In this document: piece after piece, positions 63,497-64,000 of the stretch | Layout of the letters: each line of letters starts with the position of its first letter | How positions within the stretch are numbered: the first letter of the stretch is position 1 | From: Callorhinchus milii | Lineage: Eukaryota | NCBI RefSeq assembly: GCF_018977255.1 | Contig: NW_024704742.1 | Span: 89,840,001 to 89,904,000 of the forward strand | Reading direction: 5' to 3' | DNA: 64,000 bases | Program-made: the position numbers and the translations under genes | The notes under the pieces: generated by a model | Seen by the model: only the letters and a program-made list of their open reading frames with translations | What the model was told of the DNA's origin: nothing | Databases searched by the model: none

Positions 63497-64000
63497 CCAG
63501 ACCAGTGACATTATAGGAGGAAGAACATAGGAGGAAGAAACATCCCTTTCTGATAGCTAAAGTAGCTATCTTCTTTTTTTAAACAAGCAACAAAATGTTT
63601 TCAATGTAATATTTTGCAAGAATACATACTACATACTCCAGGTTGAGATGTTAAACTGAGGTCCCCTCAGCCTGTTTAGGTGGACATTAAAGATCCCATG
63701 GCACTACATGAAAAGTGAAGGGAGTTTCTCCGGGGTTCCTATCAACAATTCCCAGATAAAATTGCTCATTCACCTCATGGCTGTTTGTGGGACTTTTGCT
63801 GTGGCAAATTTGTTATTACATTTGCCTTTAAATACACAGTCACTACACTGTACAATAAAACCCATGAAGTGCTTTGAGGCATTTCAATGATGTGTTAAAG
63901 CACTGTATCAGATACAAGAATTATTATTATTACATCAGTAAATTGTGCATTCTCAGATGAAGAAAACCTATAAACCAGGTTAGAGGAATGATCTGGGCTT

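Noticed and set aside
41529..64000. SAXO1 exon 2 or another nested protein-coding gene
   Set aside because: I found no RHxCPH-like exon or other credible spliced ORF by eye. A small or divergent exon could have been missed.

Overview
This is eukaryotic, vertebrate genomic DNA. The repeat content (CR1 and L2 LINEs, Deu-domain tRNA SINEs, Penelope-like ends) suggests a cartilaginous fish; that assignment is an inference. The + strand carries the conserved block PLIN2 - HAUS6 - SAXO1. PLIN2 is represented by its last coding exon (1-538). HAUS6 is complete: 17 exons from ATG 12102 to TGA 36375, all GT-AG with consistent phases, 3222 nt, 1073 aa. SAXO1/FAM154A is represented by its first coding exon (41491-41528), and its intron 1 runs past the window end. 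Features absent from the ORF track include an intact H/ACA scaRNA (SCARNA8/U92) in HAUS6 intron 12, an antisense processed MYCBP pseudogene with an odd exon-skipping junction in SAXO1 intron 1, and minimal hammerhead-ribozyme cores in Penelope-like remnants. Also present are an 8x CCAAT + CHR cell-cycle promoter with a uORF, an RFX X-box, and several hairpins and templated duplications. Most of the rest is decayed retroelements, and most listed ORFs are spurious. I found no convincing wholly new multi-gene system. All gene identifications come from my recollection of homologous sequences, not from database searches. Repeat boundaries are approximate.
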